From contig SMSO01000035.1 in assembly GCA_004764695.1 (NCBI GenBank), positions 4,228,040 to 4,292,039 of the forward strand: 64,000 nt of DNA, written 5' to 3'. A program made the translations under genes and the position numbers. Positions within the stretch are counted from its first letter, which is position 1. Each line of letters starts with the position of its first letter. The notes under the pieces were generated by a model. The model saw only the letters and a program-made list of their open reading frames with translations. It did not search any database and had not been told where the DNA came from. Positions 20,702 to 32,834 of this stretch are shown piece after piece. The stretch is from Schizochytrium sp. TIO01. Lineage: Eukaryota; Protista; Bigyra: Labyrinthulomycetes.

Positions 20702-23244
20702 GATTGGTTGCTTGCTTGCTTCGGTTCCTTTCGTTTTGCAACCTTCTTTGTCGTCGCAGCTGCCAGCAGTCTTCTGGCGTCAATCTAAATCGCTGTTGTG
20801 ATGGTTCTTTTAAGGAAATAATCAATGTCGTGTCTTCTTTTCGTTGTGCTTGTTGTGCTTGTTGAGCTTTCACGATTGGTCAGCAGATAGCTTCTTCGTT
20901 CACGATTTGATTTCCGAATTTGAAAGGACTTTTCCTCCAAGAAAACGAAAAGGGAACTTTGCGTTACAGGTTTGCAAGGCATTCTGTCCCATAATAGCCA
21001 TCTCCATGTCAGAGGAGTGAGGTTTCGGAACTTTAGAATATTCTATCTTCTCTGCCGGCGTGTTCTATGTTCGTGTCACGCCAGATTGGGTCATCATCCC
21101 GCAAGTTGTTTAGGTCCACTTTCCGCCATGCGTCAGATCGCGCAGTGCGTTATAGCCTGGCGAGACTGCCTATTGACACTATGGTGGCGGGTTCAGTTGT
21201 CAAGTCTAACTTAAATCACCACACCCGCCCTGCCTATTCTTCTGCACCTCAGTCTCTAGGATAATAGATCCAACGGCACCGTCATTGCAGACACCACAAT
21301 GACGCTATGGGTTCAACTCCGCTTTCCGCCACGGGCAGATCCTCGCTATAACCTCCATTCGAGGCTTCTCTGTACCTGGCTTTGTATTTCGCGCAATATG
21401 ACGTGATCAAAGCTGTGTCCAACCGCACCTAATTCTTCAACCCCAGCAAGCAGTCCCTTAACTATGGCTGCGGCAAATCGCATCGACTGGGGTCTCTCGC
21501 CACTTCCTCCGTAGCAGCATCAACAGCATCAGCATCAGCAGCAGCGGCGGCAGCAGCAGCGAAGACTGTTGCCGGGTTTGGCGATGGCCTGAACGAAGCT
21601 TTCCTTAGAGCGAAAGCACGAGATTGCTTTTGATGATTTTGTGAGTTCACAAGACGATACGGAGGGACCCCGAAGTTCCGTACGCTACTAACTACTGCTA
21701 GTCGATCTGGTAAGATTGAGGCAGGTAGGGGAAAGGCTAGCAGTCGCCGTGGGGCGTAGTCCCTAAAAGTATGTGTGTAGCACACCCAACTAAATGGAGA
21801 TTGCACCTGGACGACCGAAACCTGTGAACGACGAACGCATTGGGTTCCAAGCAGTCGCTAAGGCTACCATTTCTGAGTGGGCTTGCACAAGTACAGCGCC
21901 ATGTTTTGGTCACACACACGGGTCGGAGAAAACCTCGAATTCTAGACGCCTTTCCACGGCTGGTAGTGTAGGAGCCCTGCATTGCAATCGCACCATCCTA
22001 TCCATACCTTGTTATGGTTTTATTTTTACACACACCGCGATAATGATAAATAGAAAAGGGAAAAACAAAGGTACGATTCTGAGGAGGGTGAGCAAGATCC
22101 ATAATCCCGTATTTCAAGCTAGCTGCCCAGGAACCTATCGATCGGCAGCGCCCGCCAAGCCGGGGAAGGCCATCGCATGGACCTCAGCCAAACTCCAGCC
22201 TGGGGCCTGTCCGCAATCTCACAGCGCTCGCGGCAGCTAACTCGAAGCTTTCTTACACAACAAACTCACTCAAGATTGATCATCCATCTCTCACATGCAT
22301 AAGAGGGTGTGTACCGGTGCCCACTTACCGAAAGCAGTATAAGAAACATAGATCCACAACCTCACTCCTCCAGAGCGGAGATACTTGCCGGCAACCTCAG
22401 CCAGGGAGGCGTCCAGCGAAGGGGCGTCTGCGTGGCTGACCTGCCTGCCTGCTCCCCATTCGCAGAGCGAGCGAGCGAGCGAGTTCTCTCCTTGAAACAA
22501 GTCCGCCCAAAACGAGTAGTCAAAGAGAAAGCGCAAATTACATTTTTCCTTTTGCAAGAAAATAAAATAAAATAAAATAAAATAAAAGAAAAGAAAAGAA
22601 AAGAAATAAAATAAGATATCGCAATACTAACATAACAAATAACTAAAAATCATGAAAGCGGATATGTGCAGGAAGACGGCGCGGAGGAGCGAGGGAAAGG
22701 AAGGACACGGCGGCGCCAGGAGCCGCGAGAGAGGGAGCGGGTCCCTCTCCCGAGGCCCGCATCCCCCTGCGCCGCAGCCCGCCAGCGGGTGTGCGCGTGC
22801 GCGTGTTTGTGCCTGCTTGCGTGCAGGCGCGGGTTTCCTTCGAGGTCTGCTGCGCCGAGGCCCAGCTGCCCCTTTTGATTTTACCCACCGTTCCACAGGT
22901 GAGAGGACAGTTTAGCCATTTTTGTCGCCGTGTATCGCCCAAAAACCGTCGGGGCCGGGCTGGGAGAAGGGGGAAAGCAGGGAGAGGGGGTAAACTGGTA
23001 TGAGGTGGAGCGAGCCGCGCTCATTTGCCGAAGGCGCCACCGCAGAATTCTGCGCCAAAAGCAAAGAAGGAGCGGCGCCGAGCCAAGCCAAGGCCTGCGT
23101 AGCCGAGGAAGAGGGAGATGAGGTCCAAGGCCTCTACCGCGCGGACGGCCTGGGCCTCGCCGGAGAGAAACGAGGAGCTGGGAGCCCAAGTGCTTCGATG
23201 CTTCGATCGATCGATTGATTCATTCGCATTCTTTCGATTTCTTT

Positions 23245-23346
23245 TAATTAAATTAAATTAAAATAAAATAAAATAAAATAAAATAAAATAAAATAAAATA
23301 AATTAAATTAAAATAAATTAAATTAAATTAAATTAAATTAAATTAA
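23245..23346. repeat. Pentanucleotide microsatellite (AAATT/AAATA)n
   Basis: About 20 units; a shorter AAATA/AAAGA run lies at 22560-22612. Confidence 0.9.
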
Positions 23347-25657
23347 GTTTAATTTTAAAAAAGCTAATTTACCAATTCTTTCTTTTATCGAAGGATCGAT
23401 TGGAAGAATGCACAAATGAAAAGAAAAGTGAGCGCAGAGAAAACAAAGGTACGTACATTCTATAATTGACTATCACATTTCTGTTGTTTTCCTAAGTTTG
23501 GCCTTTCGAGGAGGAGGAGGATCTACGAAAGGGTGTGTTTGCTTGTACGGAATGCATGTGCTGCAGCTGAGAGGCGGTGGAAAGGAGCTCTGAGAGAAGG
23601 CTTCGCAGAGAAGGGGCTCGGAAACCGCTGTTTTGCTCTTCTCCGTCTTCAATTCCATTCCGGTTCATTGATTCGCGCTTTTCATTGATGTCTGTCTATA
23701 TCTATCTATCTATCTATCTCACAGTTGTAATATGAATTAAGTTAATTTGATAAGAAGAGTAGGATTAGAAGAGATGAGAGCACTCACAAATGATTCATTG
23801 TCAGAGAGTCTCATGTTCATCAAAGACAAAACAACAGAGTTGAGTTGAGCATGAACAGCTAAAGATGGCAAATGAATACAATGGAATGGAATAAGAGGAA
23901 TGGAATGGAATGGAAATATGCTCCAAAGTAAACGTATTCTAAAGTGAGGTAATGGAAAGCGAAGTGCGAAAGAAAGTCCTCTTTTTTTTTCTCTTTCCTC
24001 GAGCTTGGACACCATCGTGTTCAGGGCGAGAAAGCCACATTCTCAGACAGGTGATAGATACTCCTGCACACGGATGCGAGGAGGGAGAGGCGAGCAGGCA
24101 GACCCTCAGACTGGTGCCTTCGAGGGTTAGGTTCTGCTTCATCTAGCTTTCTTCATACGAAGAAGAGAGCTTACGCTGAGGAGGAGTCTGCTGAGCTCAA
24201 TTTACATTTATTTATTTATTTATTTATTTATTTATTCATTCATTCATTCATTCGTAGTAAGATATCTATTGATTGACCTAGCGGCATTTACTTAGAGTAC
24301 TTAGAACGAGGGATCGTAAGGCCCTCTTAGTGTTCTCAGTAATCTTCGTCTTCTTAGTATGCTCAGTATTTTCTTAGTTTCGAAGAAAGAAAGAAAGAAA
24401 GAAAGAAAGAGGAATGTCTCTCTATTATGTACCAATCTTTCTTTTCTTTTCTCGTCTTTGTGAACACATACCGGTACTCCTATCATGAAGCTAGTGTTTA
24501 CGCTATCAGCGCCCAAGCCCTCTCTCGTCGTACCAACTAAGAGTCGCGCTAGCACTGGCTAGGCGTGGATAGTGAAGGAGAAAGGGAAAGGGCCTCCGCC
24601 AGTGGAGAGGAGGGAAGAAAAGCCCAGTGGGGTGTGAGAAGGATGCGTGTGCGTGAGAGGGGGGAGTGTCCCCAGGTTCCCCCTCTCGCCGCACTGGCCA
24701 TGTTGGGAAAGGGGGATGGTGGAGAGAAAAAGAAGGATTGTGAGGGCCGCCACTGGGCGCCCTCGAGTTGGACGGGTGTAGAGCCTTAAGTACACCTGGA
24801 AGCGCGCACACAAAGAATGGACTTTTAAGGTGCTCGTAAGGGGGGGCGTGTGCGATCGTCCTTCCCAGTGGGGCCAGAGGAGCTCGCACGCCCACCTCCG
24901 TGTTTACCGTCCCCCGCTCGCCTCTCAGACACACTGAGGGTGGTTGCCTCTTAGATGAGCGCAGTAGCGCTTGAGAGGAACCGTGGGGGTCTGCGGAAGC
25001 TGCAGAGGGACCGTTGTGACTGTAAAGACTACATCACGGATGGGAGCAGTGGGCGTAAGAGGAGCTGCGGGAGAACTGGCAGCGCGGGAGGGTGGGTCTT
25101 CTTCATGTTTGCACAATGATGAATAAATAAATGTTGATTGATTGAGTGATTGATTGATTGAGTGAAATAATGGAATGAAGTAAATAGTTGATTGAATTGT
25201 TGACCTGTTGATTGATTGCCGTCGAAATCGAAACGAGTGATATCGGGAAAGATGACGATGTCCCGGCACTGAAGAAGGTATCGCGACGCACGTGACGTCC
25301 GATGCATGAAAAGGACACGCGGTTTGGTCCTTCGTCTTCAAGATGAATGAATTCTTTCCAAGCCGCAAGTTCTTTGTTTATTTCTTTGTTTGCCTTTGTT
25401 TGATTGTTTTTGTTTCTGTATATGAGTAAAAAAATCCAAAAATCTTTCCTTTATCTCTCTTTCTCTTTCTTTTTCTTTTCTTTTTCTTTTTCTTTTTCTT
25501 TTTCTTTTTCCCTCACTTTCGTCGGATTGATTGATTGATTGATTGATTGGAATTGATTTATTTGTTGAGGGAAAAAGAAAGGAGAAATAGAGTCAAAGAC
25601 GGCCGAAGTCTGAAGCAAAACCCAAACTCGCTACAGCTATAGAAAGCACAAAGCACC

Positions 25658-28094
25658 ATGTCTCGCTTCGTCCGCGCCTCCAAGGTCCGCCATGTGTACT
25701 GCCAGGTAAGTAGCTAGCTAGCTCTGGGATCGACGGTGCCCGCGTTCACCTTCCCGCGTCGCTGCTCTCAAGATACGCTTTAACGGGGCTGGTCATTGTG
25801 GTCTTCTTCAAGTCCTTCTCCTCCTTCTTTTTTATCTTCTTCTTCTTCTTCTTCTTCTTCTTCTCTTTGAACTCTTCTCGCGCCACGTTGGATTCGTGTG
25901 GGCGATCAAGCAGTGCGGCTGCCAAGCAAGGCACACGGCCTGTGCAGCTGGTGAACCAACCCTACGACAAAGGTCGCCGAGTTGGTGTAGTCCATGTAAT
26001 GTCAAGTCATCATCCTCGGTGCCTGTGTGATTGATTATATGGCCAGCTCTTTTCGATGAGTATCCAGCTCATAATAAACTCTTTAGTTTATACGGTTTAC
26101 TCCATCGACCAAGCGCGCTTGAGCTGTAGCCTGAGGCTGAGCCTGCGGCGACAGGGAATGACGACGACAAAGAAGAAGAAGAGACAAGCTCCGCCAGGGA
26201 GTGCAGAGGGGCAAGAGTTGAAGCGCACACTCGATTATTTTTTTTCTTCTTCTTGTTTGCTCGCTCGCTCGCTCGCCCGAATCGTTGAGTCATCATCGAT
26301 TCTTTGGTGAGCGAGGGAATAAGCAATTGAGTAGTGAGAAGGCTCTTTTTCTTTCAACTTTTGGCCTTCCTCCATTTATGTCTTTACGATGTAGAGGCGG
26401 GGGAGGCAGTCAAGGTGGAGAGCTGGAGGGTGACTCAATCATGGACTGGTGTTGTATTCTTTTTTATAGAATGTTTCGCCTCCCCTGATCGAATATCACA
26501 CTCTGGGCCTTCCAACCCCCTGCCCCACCCACCCCACCCCGTTGAAGAGCCATCAAGGGCGATTTGGAATCTCATGAAAACCTGATCTGATGACTAACAC
26601 ACACCTTCGCACACCCACCTCTTCTGTAACAATCATTTGTTATTATCGCACACACATTCACTCGTTTTGCTCTCGTTTGTGACTGCTTTGAACATATCTT
26701 CTGCCTCTGCTTCATTTGCTTGCATTGATTGATTATGTTTTTTGACGACTATTGCAAATGTGTTCTTTGGATGGATTGGTGATTAACTTGGTTTTCAATC
26801 ATCACAGCCTTCCAAGCCGGAGGAGCACTACAGCAACATCCGCTTGAGCACAGCAACTGGTGACCACAACTACATCAAGGTCAACACCAAGTACTTTGCC
26901 ATCCCCGTTGCCACCGGTGGCGGCTCCCTCGCTGTGCACAACCTCGACCAGCCTGGTCGTCTGCCCGCGCAGCCTGCAGTTTTGGATGGTCACCGTGGTC
27001 CTGTTCTGGATTTCGACTTCAATCCTAGTCATGAACAGTTGATTGCCACTGGTGGTGATGACTGCACTGTCAAAGTGTGGGGTATCCCCGAGGAGGGCCT
27101 GACCGAGACGATCTCCGAGCCCCTTGTTGACATGGCTGAGCACCAACGTAAGGTTGTTGTGATCCGCTTCCACCCGACCGCTGAGCACGTCTTGGCAAGT
27201 GGTTCCGCTGACCACACCGTCAAGATTTGGGATGTGCAGAACGGTGAGTCCAAGGTTGACATTCCCCACGATGAGCTCCTCCAGGATGTCGTCTGGAACT
27301 ACGATGGATCCATGCTCGCCTCTAGCAGCAAGGACAAGCTCATGCGCATCATCGACCCGCGTACCGGCGAGGTCACCGCCTCCGTCGAGGCCCACAACGG
27401 TACCAAGACCAGCAAGCTCACCTACCTTGGCGAGCACGGCACCCTCTGCTCGGTCGGTTTCACCCGCCAGAGCAAGCGCCAGTTCAAGATCTGGGACCCG
27501 CGTAACATCACCACCCCTCTTCACACCATGGATATTGACCAGGCCGCTGGAGTCATCATGCCCTTCTTCGATGAGGGCAGTAACATGCTCTACTTGGGTG
27601 GTAAGGGTGACGGTAACATCCGTTACTATGAGATCGTCAACGACGAGCCCTGGGCATTCAGCATCGAGACCTACCGTGCCGCCTCCCCATGCCGTGGTCT
27701 TGCTATTATGCCCAAGCGTGGCGTCAACACTGAGAAGGTTGAGCTCGCCCGCCTGTACAAGCTCACCTCGAACACTGTCGAGCCCCTCTCCTTCATCTGC
27801 CCGCGTAAGTCGGAGCTCTTCCAGGAAGACCTCTACCCGGACTGCTTCGCCGGCAAGCCTTCCATGTCTGCCGACGAATTCTTCGCCGGCAAGAACAAGA
27901 ACCCCATTCTCATGTCCATGGACCCGGCCAAGCGTACCGATATTGACAAGTCCAACATGGCTTCCATCTCTCACCAGCTCAACAAGCAAAAGAGCGCCAA
28001 GCAGCTTCAGGACGAGATTGACCACCTCCAGGCTTACGTCGATAAGCTCACCTCCGCCCTCGAGTCGGCTGGTGTCTCGGTCCCTGAGCCGTAA
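25658..28094 (+). CDS. Coronin; exons 25658-25705 and 26808-28094, 444 aa
   Basis: Exon 1 encodes the coronin N-terminal signature MSRFVRASKVRHVYCQ, then CAG|GTAAGT. Acceptor CACAG at 26807 continues in frame into WD40 repeats, GKGDGNIRYYE, PRKSELFQEDLYPD and a C-terminal coiled coil. Confidence 0.96.
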
Positions 28095-29741
28095 ATGTTA
28101 AAATTGGCTATGCCATATCTACAACCTCTTTTGCACCTGCCATCATTACCATCTCCATCACTTCTGCTACTACTTCTCACATACCTTTTTACTTTCCAAA
28201 TATACCTCCTTTCGTAACTCGACCATAGTTATTTTCGTCCTTCGTTTTTGTGAACAATAAACGACGTATTCTTTTTACTTTTCATCTCTTCTTAGTACTT
28301 GAGTTGTTTTAGTAGGTAGTAGGTCAAGATGAGTCTTTTGTTTCTTCGTAAATTTTTCAACAGGAAAGGAGGAAGAGGCAGACACATCATTTTAGACTTG
28401 TCTGAGATTACTCATAGTACTTTGGACTTTGACACTCCTGCGTTAATTCAACTTCGAAGCATTGGTTTAAAAGATAACACCTTTCCTTTGGATAATTCTT
28501 CAAAAAAGCCTCAAGAAATTATTTCGACCATGATGCGCAGGGATTTGCACATGCAAGAAAATGTAAACAAGGTAGCTGGGAACCATTATATAGCTCACTC
28601 TTTGTCAGGTACAAAAAACTCAATTCCCCAAATCCTACACCGCCGTGTCGGTGCTGTAGTCAGTAGTATGTTTTACTAAGCTACTGTTTCTGCCGTGACT
28701 TTGGCCAGCTATCTGGGAGCTAGAACAGTCGCTTTTGGTAGATTCTTGGCCAGAATCTAGTTCGTACCTATCGTCTTACTAGTAACGTGCGTAGGGGATG
28801 ACGGCATGGTCAAAGTTTACCATCTTTTGTCTGAACCAAGTTCTTGGGTAGGTTAGGTGTTGAATGGTGCTAGGCAAACCTTGCGTTAAATTTTCATACA
28901 AAATCAACAATTCATTGATAAAGACCAATCATATTTTATGCTAGTTTAGAATTGTGATTGTCAACTCGGAATCAAATGGCATCTCTATTTGTTAGGACTC
29001 TGAAGAAAACACAAAGTTTGCCTATCTTGATCTAGCTAGCGTTTATTGGGTTTCTACTTCGTGGAAAGGTATCATCGTGACCAAATCATACATAGATGCA
29101 AACCAAATAATTCACATTTCTATGGGTCGAGACTGCGTGGTATTATTTGAAGGAAAGTGCACTAGGCTTAGTCAACAACCCATGAGGTTTGATTCGACGA
29201 ATTAGACAGCTGCATTCTCCAAAGATTCACTGTGAGATAGACAAATCAAGGAACGATTCGTAGAGACAGACTTGGCTGAGGGTTTCACTTTAATCTTTTC
29301 TTAAAACTAGTTATTTAAAAAGAGGGCTCAACAAGAGTAAAGGAACAGAGAGCGTTGTTACGCAATTTGTATAGATCGAACAAGGTGCAGTAGAAGGCGG
29401 CGGCACCAAAAACAACGGAAGGGGGAAAAGACAGCAGGGGAACTACTCATAATCTCCTCCTCAATTGGTTGACTCGCACTACACTATCGTCTCTTGCATA
29501 TTTTTTAATTCGAAAAGAAGTAGAATCTGGCATAAAGGCAGCGATCGTTTTATTTGTACTAGTTGCGTGCTGCGTAGAACTTGACGCACAGCCCTCTGAA
29601 TAAATTGAATGCATAATACGATAATTGAGTGTTTCAGCCAAAATTTATACTAGAAATACTGGCCTGAGAAAGGTCGAGTCAAAAGAACACTTGCTCTTAG
29701 AGATACATTTGTACCAACGCTGCGCAAGGTCAGGCGAGTGT

Positions 29742-31634
29742 TTAAAGCTTAGCCTTGGCTTCCTCTCCGATAGTGGCAATGAGGCGCATCTCCTCGAGTG
29801 CAGCCTCCATGTTGGCAGTGAAGCGCGACACCCATTTCTCAGACGGGTGGCGGGAGGTTACGGTGAAGCGAAGCTTGTCGTTCAGGACCGAGTATCCAAT
29901 GCCGAGGCCGTGAGGTACAACTTCACCAAAGCCCCATCCATCCATCAGTTCACCGACGAGGCCCGAGGTAGAAAGTGCCCAGGTTGATGAGCGAATGTAG
30001 CCCTGGTCAGAGTACAGCTCTGCACTCTCTCCATCGCGCATCATCATCTTAAGGCCAAGCAGGTGGCGGTCGCAACCATTTCCGGCACTAGCCTTGCTGG
30101 TGTAAGCAGAGTGGGCTGACGTGGCGGCGCGCATAAGCTCCAGACACTGCTTCGGTGAAGCGTTTGTAGAGGTCATGGCCTTGCAAAAGGCCACAGACTC
30201 ATTTGTGACGGAGCGTGTGACCTCGGTACGGCCATGGAGGTATGTGCGGGTCTGTGTAGACTCGTAGGTACCGCGGCAGCAACCAAAAGTCTTGTAGTAG
30301 GCGTACTGAATGGCGAGCTGTGCGAAGGCATCAGGGGAGACCTTGAATTTCTTGATGGTGTTCTTACCGTAGCCGTGGTACATGCAGACAGACATTTCCT
30401 TGGTGGCAAGAATAGCGTCGAAGGTGGCTTCGGCCTCACGGATGGCCTCCTTAGCAGCAGAAGAGAGCTTGAAAACTGCGGGTTCCGGCTCCGGAAGTAC
30501 GGAGTTGGTGAAGTTCTGGCCAGTGACAACTTCAGGGCTGTCCGCAAAGACGCGCTCGAGGGTGTAGTTGACAAGACGAGTTGTGGTGGTACCGTCCATC
30601 ATGGCGTGTTCACCAACGTAGCCGCCCTTGCCGTTCTCAAAGAAGACGAGCTGCATAGACTTATCCCAGAAGCGGTTGCGTCCATTTCCAGCAATGAGTG
30701 ACATGCCAACCTCCTCGCGGGTGGTTGGGCTCCAGTCCTCAAGGACAACGCACAGAATTGCGGACTCAATGCGCTGCAGTGAAGCGGCGTTAAGAGCTCC
30801 ATCAGATTCACCACCCAGCTCTGTGAGTAGAACTCTCTTTGCGGCCCACACGTCGCGGTCTTCAGCGGTAAGAATTCCTACAGGAGAAGTATCTGTGCCC
30901 TGGCGGTCGGCCATGTCCTTCACACGTTGTAGCTGATAGTGGATATCGTCAATGCTCAGGCCGGCCACGTCGAATGTGTAAAACCGGTTCTTCCGCACCA
31001 CTACAATGTGGTTGTACACATCCGGCGCATAAGTTCGAACAAAGTCCATGCCGTTTTCACCAGGCATGCGCGTGGCGTTGAACATGAACTTGTACTGCGT
31101 GTTGGACCAGGGTGCCTTCTTGCCCATATCGGGCTCCAGAGAGCCACTAACGACTTGATCGCGAAAAGAAAGCGCGTGGAACACGAACCTCGCAGCGCGA
31201 CGAGTCTGAGAGGCCATACCGCTTGCAAGTTCATCCTTAAATTGTAAGTAGTATGAGACATTCCACACAACGCTGTCCCTGTAGCTGAGGTAGGCGTACT
31301 CGTTCCACATCTTAATGAACCACGAGCTGTCGCTACGCTCGCGCTTGAGTTCCTCAAGGCGGGCATGGAGGGTCTCAGCGAGGCCGCCCTTGGCGCTGTA
31401 CTCACGGACCTTGCGTTCGGTCTCCGCGAACTCAGACTCGGTGACGTGCGGCTTGACGCTCTTAAGGAAGAGCTCAAAGGTATGAGCGAGGTCCGGCAAA
31501 GGCAGACGAGGTACGTTGGCCTGTTGCGCAAACAGCCGCTGGTTTGAGGGTTCCATGTCGCGGCCCTCGAGGTAGTCCGCGCCGTGGTCGCGGTAGAGCG
31601 ACCGCTCATACCCGGCTAGTTTAGACGCAGGCAT
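29742..31634 (-). CDS. Carnitine O-acetyltransferase (choline/carnitine acyltransferase family) with C-terminal PTS1 (-AKL)
   Basis: VPRLPLPDL, NRFWDKSMQ, catalytic GEHAMMDG, SPDAFAQLAIQYAYY, TYESTQTR..HGRTE, DRHLLGL, WALSTS; first ATG at 31634. Confidence 0.93.
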   Translation of the reverse strand: MPASKLAGYERSLYRDHGADYLEGRDMEPSNQRLFAQQANVPRLPLPDLAHTFELFLKSVKPHVTESEFAETERKVREYSAKGGLAETLHARLEELKRERSDSSWFIKMWNEYAYLSYRDSVVWNVSYYLQFKDELASGMASQTRRAARFVFHALSFRDQVVSGSLEPDMGKKAPWSNTQYKFMFNATRMPGENGMDFVRTYAPDVYNHIVVVRKNRFYTFDVAGLSIDDIHYQLQRVKDMADRQGTDTSPVGILTAEDRDVWAAKRVLLTELGGESDGALNAASLQRIESAILCVVLEDWSPTTREEVGMSLIAGNGRNRFWDKSMQLVFFENGKGGYVGEHAMMDGTTTTRLVNYTLERVFADSPEVVTGQNFTNSVLPEPEPAVFKLSSAAKEAIREAEATFDAILATKEMSVCMYHGYGKNTIKKFKVSPDAFAQLAIQYAYYKTFGCCRGTYESTQTRTYLHGRTEVTRSVTNESVAFCKAMTSTNASPKQCLELMRAATSAHSAYTSKASAGNGCDRHLLGLKMMMRDGESAELYSDQGYIRSSTWALSTSGLVGELMDGWGFGEVVPHGLGIGYSVLNDKLRFTVTSRHPSEKWVSRFTANMEAALEEMRLIATIGEEAKAKL

Positions 31635-32633
31635 GGTGCTTTCGAAGAGGAGCGAGCCTGACCGACAGCGACGACTCCTGGAGCTCACGCGAGAGGAAGT
31701 AAACCTAGCGAGCAGTGCGAGCACCGAGCTCGGGAACCGGGGCCCTTGCGCACAGAGCTGCTCTCACCTGCTGCAGTTCGGGGTCTGGTGTCGCTCTGCG
31801 AGGCGTAGTACTTGGCCACTTGCTTGGGTATTTCCGGATTACATCTCCTGAGGTTGACCAAAAACTATTTCACACGAGTCTCCGCCCCCCGCTATCGCCC
31901 TCCTACCCCAAACACTAGGACCTCCAATTTCTTTTACAGGGTAAACATATTTTTTAATCCCATCTCGAACTGCAATTTCTTGGCATTGCAGTAACATTAA
32001 TATGGGCCAAAAGCCTTTTATGATCCTTTCTTTCTTTCTTTCTTTCTTTCTCTTAATAAGTGTTTAATGAGCTGAGAATGAAAACGATTCTCTCTGTAAA
32101 TCTTCGAAGAGAAGAGAGAAAAGAGATTGAGATTGAGATTGAGATTACAATTGAGATTACAATTGAGGACTGTCGCGAAAGCTCACAGGAGAACGGAGAT
32201 CGGCGCAGACCGCGACTCCAATCCACCAGCCAACCAGCCAATCAATCGACCAGGAGCTCGCGAGCCCAGGTCCCTGGCGCCGCTCGAAGCTCGGGTCGGC
32301 ATGTGAGAATGAGAGATGGACGGAGACCCAAAGAAAGAGGGGCGACAGAGGCCATTCCGCTCCATGCGTCAGAGACCCCGAACTTCGAGCGGCGCCCGCC
32401 CGCCTGCCTGGGGACCGAGCTGGGCCTGCTCGCCTGCAGCAGGGCCGGAGGAGCGCGGGGTGCAGGGCCGGCAGCCGCCTCCGCTCGCTTGGCTGCGCAG
32501 GACCGACGCGAAGGTCGGGGCGTCATTCGAAGCTGAGATCTTGAAAATGTAATGTAATGTAATGTAATTCTCTTTTGTTTAGTGCTGTGTTGTTTATGAA
32601 TTCTCCGTATTATTAACGATGTTTTCATTGCTC

Positions 32634-32834
32634 TTTCTTTGTTTCTTTGTTTCTTTGTATGTTTGTATGTTTGTATGTTTGTATGTTTGTATGTTTGTAT
32701 GTTTGTATGTATGTTTGTTTGTATGTTTGTATGTTTGCATGTTTGTATGTTTGTTTCTTTGTTTCTTTGTATGTTTGTATGTTTGTATGTTTGTTTGTAT
32801 GTTTGTATGTTTGCATGTTTGTATGTTTGTTTGT
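32634..32834. repeat. Compound microsatellite (TTTGTATG / TTTGTTTC)n
   Basis: About 200 bp of octamer/tetramer repeats; explains the spurious ORFs here. Confidence 0.92.

Noticed and set aside
20972-25600. Many short GC-rich ORFs (similar at 32900-35700, 40300-43900, 53300-54560)
   Set aside because: Overlapping in all frames, Arg/Pro/Ala-rich and without recognisable domains; treated as intergenic or UTR sequence, although small spliced genes cannot be excluded.
26802-28101. 407-aa antisense ORF and 300-aa alternative-frame ORF over coronin
   Set aside because: Shadow ORFs expected from strong codon bias; no recognisable motifs.
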